From a virus (lineage: Duplodnaviria; Heunggongvirae; Uroviricota; Caudoviricetes): 64,000 bases of DNA. The first letter of the stretch is position 1; each line of letters starts with the position of its first letter. The DNA lies in IMG/VR virus record IMGVR_UViG_2916199983_000001; one strand, given 5' to 3'. This document shows, piece after piece, positions 19,303 through 28,576 of the stretch. The notes below the pieces were generated by a model. That model saw only the letters and a program-made list of their open reading frames with translations, was not told the DNA's origin and made no database searches. The position numbers and the translations under genes are program-made.

Positions 19303-19566
19303 TTCATATCATCCAACTGAACACATTTGAAAGTTTGTCAATACTACTACCTATTGTATCAATATGGAATGAGTCTATATCAGATACGTATTACTTTTGC
19401 CTGTAAGCTAATAGTGACAAATTGCCTAAAAAACATAGTATAATAGCGGTGTCCCAGGGGATTAGTACCTATCGAAATTAAATAGATAAGTCTTTACAAC
19501 CCTGGCCTTTGCTGTAATATCAGTAAGCACTTACCAGAGATAAACAAAACACGCAAGGTTTACTAC

Positions 19567-19953
19567 ATGGCTACCAACGAAACAGAGATCAAACAAGGTC
19601 GCTACGCAGCTTATATTGACTCGTTAATCACAATCTCGCCTAAAAGTCAGGCCACCATTGCCAAAGAGGTTGGGTACAAGAACGCCAACAATCTCTCCCT
19701 CATTAAAAGCGGCAAAATCCCGCTGCCGGTAGATAAAGTTCGAGCTTTAGCTAAAGCGCTAGATGCAGACCCGGTTCGACTGATGCTGATGGTTCTGGAA
19801 GAACGCCACCCTGAGTTGCTCGAATTTTTTCGCGAAGAGGGAACTGCGCCTCTCTCCGCTGATGAAAAACTTGTTCTAGAAGCGTTCCGTAACCGTTTTA
19901 ACGGTCAGCAGGGCGCATCAGAAAAGGTGGTCGAGGCCATCAAGTCACTGTGA
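19567..19953 (+). CDS. HTH (XRE-like) DNA-binding protein
   Basis: SQATIAKEVGYKNANNLSLIKSGK fits a helix-turn-helix. It follows an AT-rich region with a promoter-like TTG..TATAAT (about 19420..19445). Confidence 0.55.
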   Translation: MATNETEIKQGRYAAYIDSLITISPKSQATIAKEVGYKNANNLSLIKSGKIPLPVDKVRALAKALDADPVRLMLMVLEERHPELLEFFREEGTAPLSADEKLVLEAFRNRFNGQQGASEKVVEAIKSL

Positions 19954-21051
19954 GAAATTTACACGAATAAGCTCGGTGGCTAGACGATCTCCCTTGAATT
20001 TGTGGTCTATCTCGTCTAAGTCTGTTTGATTAACGATAGATGCGATGTACGCTGAGAAGTTGTTCAAGGCGTCTCGCATCTCATCCATATAATCGTGGCG
20101 ATCATAGACGCGATCTATCCCTTCAAGACTGTGGTTCATAATCTTACGAGCCACCTCCTGGTTAATCCCTAGAGCAGGGAAATAACTACGCGCTGTACGT
20201 CTCAGATCGCGTGGGGTGAATGACTCAACCTCCATCAACTCAGGTCGTTCCAGTATCCTTCTCAGTGCCTGGGCAATGGCCACCTTAGACATTGGCGTAT
20301 CCACGCCCTTCTTCTTATTCGAAGGAACGAGCCACTGGCTGCCTTTCCCGTACTCAAACAACTCTTCCACGCATTTGCGCATTAATGGGCTTAACGGCAG
20401 CGCGTGCTGTCTGGCCGATTTGTTACGCGTACCTTGATTCCATACATCACGTTGAAGGTTGAACTCATCCTTTCTGGCTCGGAGCACTTCATCGGGGCGT
20501 CTGGCAGCGACAAGACAGAGCCTGGCCGCCCACTTTGTGCCTTCGCACACATTGAAGTAATCCCAGACGTTCCAGAATACCCAGACCTCGGCGTCGGTCA
20601 GCTTACGTTCGCGCGGTACTGGCTTTGCGCCACCGGCAACTCTGTTGAGCGACATATCATTCAACGGTGATGTATCAATCAGCCCCTGAAAGGCGCACCA
20701 GCTCAGGAACTGTTTCATCAGGGAGAACACACGTCTGCCCTGGACGATCTTGCCTTCCAGTATCAGCGGGTTCACCAGCTGGTTAACCAAGACCCTACTT
20801 ATATCACTTACCTTTACTTCAGAGATATGCGGCATTACATGTATCAAAACACAATGAACAGCTATTTCAGGTCGACGCCTCGTTATCAGTAAAGATAAGC
20901 GAGTGAATAACATGAAGGCGGAAGAAAATGACATGTCTCCGTCGAATTTGGCGGTCGACATTGCCGACAAACCGGAAGCGCGTTCGAGGTACTCGATGGC
21001 TTCCCGAGAGGTGTTTTCTGCTGCGCGTGCTTTATCAAAGGTGTTTTTCAT
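19945..21051 (-). CDS. tyrosine recombinase (integrase / Cre/Xer-like)
   Basis: The C-terminal catalytic signature is present (RDLRRTARSYF ... HSLEGIDRVYDRHDY, i.e. R..H-x-x-R..Y). The exact start is uncertain. Confidence 0.7.
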   Translation of the reverse strand: MKNTFDKARAAENTSREAIEYLERASGLSAMSTAKFDGDMSFSSAFMLFTRLSLLITRRRPEIAVHCVLIHVMPHISEVKVSDISRVLVNQLVNPLILEGKIVQGRRVFSLMKQFLSWCAFQGLIDTSPLNDMSLNRVAGGAKPVPRERKLTDAEVWVFWNVWDYFNVCEGTKWAARLCLVAARRPDEVLRARKDEFNLQRDVWNQGTRNKSARQHALPLSPLMRKCVEELFEYGKGSQWLVPSNKKKGVDTPMSKVAIAQALRRILERPELMEVESFTPRDLRRTARSYFPALGINQEVARKIMNHSLEGIDRVYDRHDYMDEMRDALNNFSAYIASIVNQTDLDEIDHKFKGDRLATELIRVNFSQ

Positions 21052-21148
21052 CGTCCACTCACTGAGTGAAGCCCTTTTACTGTATGTATAAACAGTATAT
21101 TAGGCATAAGTTTCTGTATGATCAACCATAAAATAGCCTGTTTTGTAC

Positions 21149-21181
21149 AATGATTCCATACTTACTAGGTATGGAATCATT
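21149..21181. other. lox-like site: 13-bp perfect inverted repeats around a 7-bp spacer
   Basis: AATGATTCCATAC ttactag GTATGGAATCATT. It lies about 100 bp upstream of the tyrosine recombinase start. Confidence 0.5.
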
Positions 21182-21224
21182 AAAGGGCGGAAATTTAAAT
21201 TCTGAGGTTTTATTAGCGTGATTG

Positions 21225-21635
21225 TCACGGATTAGTGAGCGCTTGAAATGCAGCGGCGTATGCAGCGATATCGGCCATAATTTTTGGATCTTTCGCATAC
21301 TGATGTGCGTTGTTAGGGAAGATTGCCAATAGGCTATACACATCTTGGAAATGTGCATGTTGACTGTAAACGAGTGCGCGGTCGCTTGTGCAATTGAATC
21401 TGTTGCGGCTGCTGGTTCGTTCTTGCTTCGTGAACAAGAGATGAACGTGATAAACGCGGGAGGACACGATAGCACCCGGAGCCGTATACGGGCCATCTTT
21501 GCCGAATACGGCTGGGCACATGCCTTGTTTAAGCGACGTGAAATCGTCGAGTAACGTGATCTTTAAGTCAGGCTTTATATCGAAGGTCGGCTGTAAAAAT
21601 TGGGCGTAACTATCACTGTTCCATGTGACCTTCAT
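21225..21635 (-). CDS. YafO-family toxin-like protein
   Basis: It aligns with E. coli YafO (GMCPAVFGKDGPYTA vs GVLPDIFGRDALYDD; VYHVHLLF vs VAHIHLAN; LVYSQHAHFQDVYSLLAIFPNNAHQYAKDPKIMADIAAYAAAF vs LVYCQGAFDEQAWLLIAILKPEPHKLARDNNQMHKIGKMAEAF). Confidence 0.5.
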   Translation of the reverse strand: MKVTWNSDSYAQFLQPTFDIKPDLKITLLDDFTSLKQGMCPAVFGKDGPYTAPGAIVSSRVYHVHLLFTKQERTSSRNRFNCTSDRALVYSQHAHFQDVYSLLAIFPNNAHQYAKDPKIMADIAAYAAAFQALTNP

Positions 21636-21644
21636 CGTTCAACC

Positions 21645-22253
21645 TCAATGGAATGAGAAGTTGGCGAAGACGTCCTCATCAATGAGGCCAGTCTGCGATT
21701 CGATGACGTCTACGTCGTTAAAACACTGATTTAAAATCAATAGCAGATCAGAGATAGCCAAACGATACTCAGTTACAGAATCGCTCAGGCGCTTCAAGTA
21801 TGGATGAGGTTGCTCAGAGTCACGAATCAACTTGTTAACGAATCCCTCCAAACCACGAATGGTCAGGTCAACGTTCTTCAGTTCTTCGTAACGGCTTTCA
21901 CCGAAGCTGCTGCGAATCTTTTCCGCTTTCCATCCAGAGATGGCATTAGCCAGGCGAACGTGTTTCGCCGTCAATTCTGCGAGCTTGCTTTCGATCTCTG
22001 CCAGCTGTGCGGCATCGCCGTTCTCCTGAACAGGGATACCTGCGGTTCTCACATAGGTTTGTTCTTTGAATCCTGCGAATTTTGCAGAGTGCTTCACCGT
22101 GCCACGGAAGCGTCGATATCCAAGCGGCTCAATAAAGACACGCCCAGATTTAGCTTTAGGCTTTGCATTTGAAAAGCGCGAAGCGTTAGAGGTCACAGTA
22201 GCAAGGGCATTGCTAATGACACTCATATCTTCCAGGCAATTTTCTAAACGCAT
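21645..22253 (-). CDS. hypothetical protein (candidate partner or antitoxin of the YafO-like gene)
   Basis: 202-codon ORF ending 10 nt upstream of the YafO-like start. I recognise no family. Confidence 0.4.
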   Translation of the reverse strand: MRLENCLEDMSVISNALATVTSNASRFSNAKPKAKSGRVFIEPLGYRRFRGTVKHSAKFAGFKEQTYVRTAGIPVQENGDAAQLAEIESKLAELTAKHVRLANAISGWKAEKIRSSFGESRYEELKNVDLTIRGLEGFVNKLIRDSEQPHPYLKRLSDSVTEYRLAISDLLLILNQCFNDVDVIESQTGLIDEDVFANFSFH

Positions 22254-22348
22254 AAAACCTCTTAACTACTCAATGGCTCGTAACTAAGTGTACGCTGTGT
22301 TGATGAAAGCGACAAATAATAAACGGCCCCAAAAGGAGCCGTATTGTA

Positions 22349-22597
22349 TTACAGAGTGCTCGCAAAAGCAGCAAATTCTGTATAGCCGCCGATAGGTTCA
22401 CCATTTACGAACACCTGCGGTATGGTTTCCACCGGCTTGCCAACCAGGTCGCTTAACTTCTCTTTGTCGATCCCGGCAGACACAATATCGATGTATTCGT
22501 AATCACCAAAGTCGTGGCCGTGCAGCTGCTTCGCCAGCTCGACCGCACGTTTGCAGTATGAGCAATTATCCCGTCCGTAGATAACGACCTTCATCAC
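22349..22597 (-). CDS. glutaredoxin (NrdH/GrxA-like)
   Basis: CSYC active site at residues 12-15 of MMKVVIYGRDNCSYCKRAVELAK. Confidence 0.7.
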   Translation of the reverse strand: MMKVVIYGRDNCSYCKRAVELAKQLHGHDFGDYEYIDIVSAGIDKEKLSDLVGKPVETIPQVFVNGEPIGGYTEFAAFASTL

Positions 22598-22953
22598 TTC
22601 ACCTCGTGCAGCTGCTGCTTGAGAAGATAGCCTTCCAGGGGCCAGATTTTGGCAATCGCGTTCTGGCGTGCAATTTTACGTCCGATCTCCGGATCAAAGT
22701 TCTCCGGGCTGGCGCACGCAGACTCGCCGGTTACGGTGTAGCCGTTCTCCAGCACAAGAACGCAGAAGGTCAGCAGTTCGAGCGGGGCCGGTTCAGGCTC
22801 TTCCTGCTTCAGCCACAACGGTGAGCTGCGATATCCGTCCGCGCCGGTAAAGTAAAACTCGCCTGAGATAACAGCTTCAATGCGTTCCGGGGTAACACGC
22901 GCGGCCGTTTTGCCTTTGGCCACAATCTCTTTTTCGATATCCATATCGGTCAT
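22594..22953 (-). CDS. hypothetical protein
   Basis: 119-codon ORF coupled to grx. Confidence 0.45.
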   Translation of the reverse strand: MTDMDIEKEIVAKGKTAARVTPERIEAVISGEFYFTGADGYRSSPLWLKQEEPEPAPLELLTFCVLVLENGYTVTGESACASPENFDPEIGRKIARQNAIAKIWPLEGYLLKQQLHEVK

Positions 22954-22968
22954 TTTGGTTTCCTTACG

Positions 22969-23172
22969 TTAAAACTGAGCGATCCGGGCACGAAGAATCA
23001 GGTCATACGCCTTCATCGTGTCCAGCTGCTTAATGAGGATGATGCGGTCGACATACAGCAGGCGAGCAAACTCGTCGCCGGCAATGTATGCCTCCAGTTC
23101 TTTTATGCGGCTACACAGTTCTTCGTGTTCATCCATGACACGTTTCTGGTGTGGCAGGTACTCTTTGGTCAT
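22969..23172 (-). CDS. hypothetical protein
   Basis: 67-codon ORF. Confidence 0.35.
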   Translation of the reverse strand: MTKEYLPHQKRVMDEHEELCSRIKELEAYIAGDEFARLLYVDRIILIKQLDTMKAYDLILRARIAQF

Positions 23173-23181
23173 TGGCTTTCC

Positions 23182-23955
23182 TTACTGATAGGCTTCCAGT
23201 GCGACTTTGCATAGCTCAGAACGCACGCAGTCTTCGGTCGCAAACTCAATAAGGCCAACATGGGAGGAAGGTTTAAAACGCTCCAGTGCATCTTCCAGAC
23301 CAGACTTAACATTGCCTGGCAGGTCGCATTGCGTCACATCTCCGTTCACAATGACGGTTACGTTCTCGCCCATACGGGTCAGGAACATTTTCATTTGTGA
23401 CGCTGTAACGTTTTGCGCCTCATCCAGAATGACTACAGCGTTCTCGAATGTGCGCCCACGCATGTAAGCGAAGGGGGCAATTTCTACTTTGGCCACCTCT
23501 GGCTTTAAGCAATATTCAAGGAACGAGCCACCCAAACGCTTCTGTAGCACGTCATAGACGGGCCGGAAGAACGGAGCGAACTTCTCGCTCATGTCGCCCG
23601 GAAGGAAGCCCAGATCTTCTTCTGCTTGCAATACCGGACGCGTCACGATGATCTTCCCGACTTCCTTATCCAGCAGACGCTGCGCTGCGACGGCAGCTGC
23701 CAGGTACGTTTTGCCGCAGCCAGCTTCGCCTGTGGCGAACGTTAGCGTTTTGGTATCGAGGGAGATGAGATAGTGGGCCTGGGCCTCGTTTCGCGCTTCG
23801 AGAGGAGAGTTGTCGCGCTTCGGTTTCGGAGGCAGAGCAGGGGCGGCAGCCAGTTCGTCAACAATGATTGTGTCAATTTCGTAGCCGTGGATGCGTGGTT
23901 TTGACTTCAGAGCCTGACGAGCTGCGCGACGCGTCTGTTTACGTTTGTTTCCCAT
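23182..23955 (-). CDS. phoH: PhoH-family ATPase
   Basis: Walker A GEAGCGKTYLA and the PhoH core are present. I place the start at ATG 23955, with AAAGGA 8 nt upstream. The track ORF starts at a TTG at 23970. Confidence 0.85.
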   Translation of the reverse strand: MGNKRKQTRRAARQALKSKPRIHGYEIDTIIVDELAAAPALPPKPKRDNSPLEARNEAQAHYLISLDTKTLTFATGEAGCGKTYLAAAVAAQRLLDKEVGKIIVTRPVLQAEEDLGFLPGDMSEKFAPFFRPVYDVLQKRLGGSFLEYCLKPEVAKVEIAPFAYMRGRTFENAVVILDEAQNVTASQMKMFLTRMGENVTVIVNGDVTQCDLPGNVKSGLEDALERFKPSSHVGLIEFATEDCVRSELCKVALEAYQ

Positions 23956-24195
23956 ATTGAGTCCTTTCAAGTGAGTAACTGAAAGTACTATACATTAGAA
24001 ACACAAAAAAGATAAGTGTGTACCTACCTATCAGAATGACTTCAACAAAGTTTTTTACGGTATTAAAGGGGGAAAATAAAGTTTTTTTAGTTATTATAGG
24101 ATAGGCGCTTTGCTTCAATCATGACTACTATGAAGCGGTCATGTGATACAGTTTAAGCTTGCCAGTGCGTCTACTAAAGGAATACTGAAATTATT

Positions 24196-25401
24196 ATGAC
24201 GATACCAGCCAAAATAGATACCACTAATTTACTCACTATACTTGGAGTGATCGCTGCCGTATGGGCAATAATTACTCCTACCAGCAGACTGCGATTTCGT
24301 TTTTGTATGACTCGGTGGGACCTACTAATCATTGGGCTGATTTTTATACTAGCTAATTATTTGGTTTTTGCACCTGCATTAAGACAAGTTGGACTGTATT
24401 ACAGTTTCGGACCGTGGATATGGGGATTGGATAGTTCGAGTGCAGTATATCTATTGTTTCTCTTGGCTGCCTCATATCTTTTCATTCGGCTAAAATCGCC
24501 AACATTAAATCGAGGTAAAATAACACTATTTCTTGAGCTAATTGAGAGTTTACATCTTACCAAAAAATATGATGAGTTAGTATTGTTAGTTGAGCCTCAG
24601 TTAGACGAAATAATATCCCTTGCTAATGGAAAACCGAACCTTATTGTTCAATGGATTGATAAGCTATATGGCGGCTCCGATCGAAATGCGTTATTGAATG
24701 GAGAAGAACCCAAAGAACGAAATGTCTTGGTGAAAGGTCTATATTCCCTACTAAGTCCTTTGCGTAAAAAGCTATCATCAAATTATGAAGCCAGTGATAA
24801 AGCCCGAGAGGTTTTGCTGAATATACTAACTTCTCCTGATCTTACAAGGCATCTTTCACTTGCATATCCTCATTTTTGTTTGAGGCTTATTGGTGCTGAT
24901 GAGGTCGTTCGTTCTGATTTCATTGATAGATTTATTAATTCGCTGCTTGACTCACCTGGTAGTCGTCTTTATGTAGAACTTAAAAATAACCAAAATACAT
25001 GTACTGGAGGACGTCTTGCGATACCTGAAACCAACCGCTTGCTTCACTTTTTCTTTGCCGACTCAGTGTATGCAAGTAAAAGTGGCATATATAGAGCTAT
25101 AGGTGAATCTGTTTGCTGGCGTTTAGATGAAGACAGTAAGTTATCAGAAATACTAAACAAGCCCCTTGGCTCTTACCGTGAGCAAAGTAGATTTAGTTGT
25201 CCTATTAATTCTGGAATAACAATGTTCGAAATTATGGTGCATCAAGGTATTCATCAAAGATTGCAAGATCATCTTTGGCTGCATTATTTCAAACACTTTG
25301 CTGAAAAAATATTATATCAAATGAAAGTTCAGAGTATTGACTCAATCGCAGAACATCAAACACCATATCACTATCTTCTATGTCGCCTATTCGGTATTGC
25401 T
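24196..25401 (+). pseudogene. N-terminal 402 codons of an IS-disrupted, AT-rich gene for a 3-TM membrane-anchored protein
   Basis: Three N-terminal TM helices are followed by an unrecognised cytoplasmic domain. The apparent stop TGA at 25402..25404 is the first 3 nt of the IS terminus TGACCTGCC. Confidence 0.6.
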
Positions 25402-25534
25402 TGACCTGCCCCCACGATTAGATACAACACTCAGTTAGTAACGTCGGAATCTTCATTCTCAGAATGGTAATCCCCCCGAAAAGCCGGTGTGTTCATAAGT
25501 AGAATTTTCTCGTAATCTGAACCGGGAGATTTCT

Positions 25535-25801
25535 ATGAAAAAATCACGTTTTACCGACAGCCAGATCATGGCCATCCTCAAGCAAGCAGAAGCAGGAACG
25601 CCGGTGGCTGAATTGTGCCGCGAGCATGGCATGAGTAGCGCCAGTTTCTATAAGTGGCGCTCACGCTTTGGCGGGATGGATGCCTCCATGATGGCCCGTC
25701 TGAAAGAGCTGGAAGATGAAAACCGCCGCCTTAAAAAGATGTATGCCGAAGAACGACTAAAAGCCGAGATCATTCAGGAGGCTATGGCAAAAAAGTGGTG
25801 A
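25535..25801 (+). CDS. IS3-family transposase OrfA (HTH + leucine zipper)
   Basis: [32 protein letters not shown].... Confidence 0.85.
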   Translation: MKKSRFTDSQIMAILKQAEAGTPVAELCREHGMSSASFYKWRSRFGGMDASMMARLKELEDENRRLKKMYAEERLKAEIIQEAMAKKW

Positions 25802-26622
25802 AGCCATCGCATCGAAAGCAGATGGCACAGGACGCAGTCAGGAGTCGAAGCGTCAGCATACATTTTGCCTGCCAGTTGTTTGCTGTCAGCGAAAGTTGCT
25901 ATCGCTATCAGCCTCAGTTGAATGAAGAAAATGTCATTATTGCCGACTGGTTGCTCCGCATCACTGGCAATCAGCGCAACTGGGGATTTGGCCTGTGCTT
26001 TTTGTATCTGCGTAACGTAAAAGGCTTTAAGTTCAACCACAAAAGGGTGTACCGAATTTACTGCGAGTTATCGCTGAACATGCGAATAAAGCCGAAAAAA
26101 CGACTGAAACGGGATAAGCCCGAACCGCTGACGGTACCTAAAAACAGTAATGAATGCTGGTCGATGGACTTCATGCACGATCAATTATCAGATGGTCGCT
26201 CAGTCCGTCTGCTGAATATTATCGATGATTTTAACCGTGAGGCACTGGCAATAGAGGTCGATTTTTCTCTGCCGGCAAACCGAGTTGTGCGAACGCTGGA
26301 ACAGCTCATTGAATGGAAAGGTAAACCCATAGCAATACGATGTGATAATGGACCAGAATATACCAGTAACACGTTGATATCATGGGCTAATGACAGGGGC
26401 ATCCAGATTAACTTTATTCAGCCCGGCAATCCGCAGCAAAATGCCTATATTGAGCGTTACAACCGTACGGTACGCTATGATTGGCTGGGGCAACACCTGT
26501 TTACATCACTGGATGAATTGCAGAACTATGCCACGCAGTGGCAATGGTTTTATAATCATGAACGACCAAATATGGCGTTGAATGGTTTCACGCCGATGCA
26601 ACATATTCAACGCATGGCCTGA
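25795..26622 (+). CDS. IS3-family transposase OrfB (DDE), expressed by -1 frameshift
   Basis: DDE region ...WSMDFMHD...IRCDNGPEY...[12 protein letters not shown].... Confidence 0.85.
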   Translation: MVKPSHRKQMAQDAVRSRSVSIHFACQLFAVSESCYRYQPQLNEENVIIADWLLRITGNQRNWGFGLCFLYLRNVKGFKFNHKRVYRIYCELSLNMRIKPKKRLKRDKPEPLTVPKNSNECWSMDFMHDQLSDGRSVRLLNIIDDFNREALAIEVDFSLPANRVVRTLEQLIEWKGKPIAIRCDNGPEYTSNTLISWANDRGIQINFIQPGNPQQNAYIERYNRTVRYDWLGQHLFTSLDELQNYATQWQWFYNHERPNMALNGFTPMQHIQRMA

Positions 26623-27463
26623 TTCTACTTATCACCTCCGTCAAAAATGGGGGTATTACCGAATGACCCTTTCTCCAGCCCGCTGCAAATTCAGACGGTG
26701 TCTGATAATTCAGCGTGGAGTGCGGGCGGCATTCGTTATAATCCTGCCGCCAGTCATTAATAATTTTCCTGGCATGAACGATATCGCTGAACCAGTGCTC
26801 ATTCAAACATTCATCGCGAAATCGTCCGTTAAAGCTCTCAATAAATCCGTTCTGCGTTGGCTTGCCCGGCTGGATTAAGCGCAACTCAACACCATGCTCA
26901 AAGGCCCATTGATCCAGTGCACGGCAAGTGAACTCCGGCCCCTGGTCAGTTCTTATCGTCGCCGGATAGCCTCGAAACAGTGCAATGCTGTCCAGAATAC
27001 GCGTGACCTGAACGCCTGAAATCCCAAAGGCAACAGTGACCGTCAGGCATTCCTTTGTGAAATCATCGACGCAGGTAAGACACTTGATCCTGCGACCGGT
27101 GGAAAGTGCGTCCATGACGAAATCCATCGACCAGGTCAGATTGGGCGCCGCCGGACGGAGCAGCGGCAGACGTTCTGTTGCCAGCCCTTTACGACGTCTT
27201 CTGCGTTTTACGCCCAGGCCACTGAGGTGATAAAGCCGGTACACGCGCTTATGATTAACATGAAGCCCTTCACGGCGCAGCAACTGCCAAATACGACGGT
27301 AGCCAAAACGCCTGCGCTCCAGTGCCAGCTCAGTGATGCGCCCTGATAAATGCGCATCAGCAGCCGGACGGTGAGCCTCATAGCGGCAGGTCGACAGGGA
27401 TAAACCTGTAAGCCTGCAGGCACGACGTTGCGACAGACCGGTCGCATCACACATCAACATCAC
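26588..27463 (-). CDS. IS407-group transposase OrfB (DDE)
   Basis: ...WSMDFVMD...IRTDQGPEF...[23 protein letters not shown]...RPHSTL.... Confidence 0.85.
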   Translation of the reverse strand: MMLMCDATGLSQRRACRLTGLSLSTCRYEAHRPAADAHLSGRITELALERRRFGYRRIWQLLRREGLHVNHKRVYRLYHLSGLGVKRRRRRKGLATERLPLLRPAAPNLTWSMDFVMDALSTGRRIKCLTCVDDFTKECLTVTVAFGISGVQVTRILDSIALFRGYPATIRTDQGPEFTCRALDQWAFEHGVELRLIQPGKPTQNGFIESFNGRFRDECLNEHWFSDIVHARKIINDWRQDYNECRPHSTLNYQTPSEFAAGWRKGHSVIPPFLTEVISRIRPCVEYVASA

Positions 27464-27821
27464 GGCTTCCCGCTTCTGGTCTGTCGTCAGTACTTTCGCC
27501 CAAGAGCCACCTGAAGCGCCTCTTTATCCAGCATGGCTTCGGCAAGCAGCTTCTTGAGTCTGGTGTTCTCTTCCTCAAGCGACTTCAGGCGCTTAACTTC
27601 AGGCACCTCCATACCGCCATACTTCTTACGCCAGGTGTAAAACGTGGCATCGGAAATGGCATGCTTGCGGCAGAGTTCACGGGCGGGTACCCCAGCTTCG
27701 GCTTCGCGGAGAATACTGATGATCTGTTCGTCGGAAAAACGCTTCTTCATGGGGATGTCCTCATGTGGCTTATGAAGACATTACTAACATCGGGGTGTAC
27801 TAATCAACGGGGAGCAGGTCA
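26590..27821 (-). mobile_element. IS3-family (IS407-group) insertion sequence, copy B, inverted relative to copy A
   Basis: The outer terminus read in IS orientation is TGACCTGCTCCCCGTTGATTAGTACA, ending at 27821. Its orfB 3' end overlaps the 3' end of copy A orfB. Confidence 0.8.
27487..27750 (-). CDS. IS407-group transposase OrfA
   Basis: [30 protein letters not shown]...[15 protein letters not shown].... Confidence 0.85.
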   Translation of the reverse strand: MKKRFSDEQIISILREAEAGVPARELCRKHAISDATFYTWRKKYGGMEVPEVKRLKSLEEENTRLKKLLAEAMLDKEALQVALGRKY

Positions 27822-28209
27822 TGCTATAGATTGGGCAGAACAAAGTTCATATATAAAAACAGTTAATAATTCTAAGGAGGATAGTAGGTATATCCCTAAG
27901 GAAGCGACGAAAGTATTAGGCTCTATGTTAGAGCATGTTATTCCTAGCCTGAAATTGAAGGGGTACTCAAAAGTATCCATATTACAGATGGTTGTCACCT
28001 GTTACACCAGGCTCGAAGAAAGGCAGATTAATGATATAGGTGAGGCATTATTGATACACACAACAACGGGGGAATTTAACTCTACAAGTTTAACATATCG
28101 TAGGAAGCTTCTATCGATATTCAAACGAATGGACCCTTACTTACAGGGAAATGCAAAAAAATTCAGAGAAAAGATAGAATTGGCTATTCAAATTAAACTT
28201 AACAGGTAA
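27822..28209 (+). pseudogene. C-terminal about 128 codons of the IS-disrupted AT-rich gene
   Basis: Once the IS pair and one TGCT copy are removed, the reading frame continues from the 24196 ORF (..FGIA|IDWAEQSSYIKTV...). The track ORF start at 27661 lies inside the IS, antisense to orfA. Confidence 0.5.
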
Positions 28210-28324
28210 TGGTTTAATTAAGCAGAGGAGCAAGGTCCTCGATTATGACATTGGTGTTATTAAATGAAATTGACTAACTTTGTCTTTTTTTTCAAGTAAT
28301 ATTGTTCTTTTTTGCTAATCTTAC

Positions 28325-28347
28325 AAAAGGGGCCGAAGCCCCTTTAA
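28325..28347. terminator. bidirectional rho-independent terminator
   Basis: AAAAGGGGCcgaaGCCCCTTTAAT. Confidence 0.5.
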
Positions 28348-28420
28348 TTATTTGCGCTGAAAAAAGTGTTGCTACGATGCTAAGAAGCAATGGTTAAGAA
28401 CGTCTGCCGTGTCTATCACA

Positions 28421-28496
28421 GCGCTGAACGGTCTGGCGACATTTTGCGGAGTCTTTCCGTTCGGACGGTGGTGGCGAACTCCAAACCGTTCAGCGC
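28421..28496. other. long hairpin: 12-bp perfect inverted repeat GCGCTGAACGGT/ACCGTTCAGCGC closing a structured 52-nt loop
   Basis: The inverted repeat is visible directly. Nested sub-stems (GGAGT..ACTCC, CCGT..ACGG) lie inside the loop. It sits just 3' of tRNA-Asn on the minus strand. Confidence 0.5.
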
Positions 28497-28501
28497 TATG
28501 T

Positions 28502-28576
28502 TGGCGATGGTGGGTGGACTCGAACCACCGACCAGTTGATTAACAGTCAACCGCTCTACCACTGAGCTACACCATC
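28502..28576 (-). tRNA. tRNA-Asn (anticodon GTT), CCA encoded
   Basis: Hand fold: acceptor GATGGTG/CACCATC, D-arm GCTC-AGTGGTA-GAGC, anticodon stem GTTGA/TCAAC with loop CTGTTAA, T-arm GGTGG-TTCGAGT-CCACC, discriminator G, then CCA. Confidence 0.85.

Larger units (their letters stand above)
25402..26640 (+). mobile_element. IS3-family (IS407-group) insertion sequence, copy A
   Basis: The terminus is TGACCTGCCCCCACGATTAG. orfA is followed by orfB, with an A6G slippery site (AAAAAAG) at 25789..25795. The inner end is approximate. Confidence 0.8.

Noticed and set aside
27661-27821. 5' part of the track ORF 27661..28209 ([13 protein letters not shown]...)
   Set aside because: This stretch is antisense to the IS orfA and lies inside the IS. 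Only the part after the IS end at 27821 belongs to the disrupted host gene.
28421-28496. Possible second tRNA next to tRNA-Asn
   Set aside because: A continuous 12-bp closing stem is incompatible with a cloverleaf, where the acceptor and T stems are on different strand partners. It is listed as an unclassified hairpin instead.
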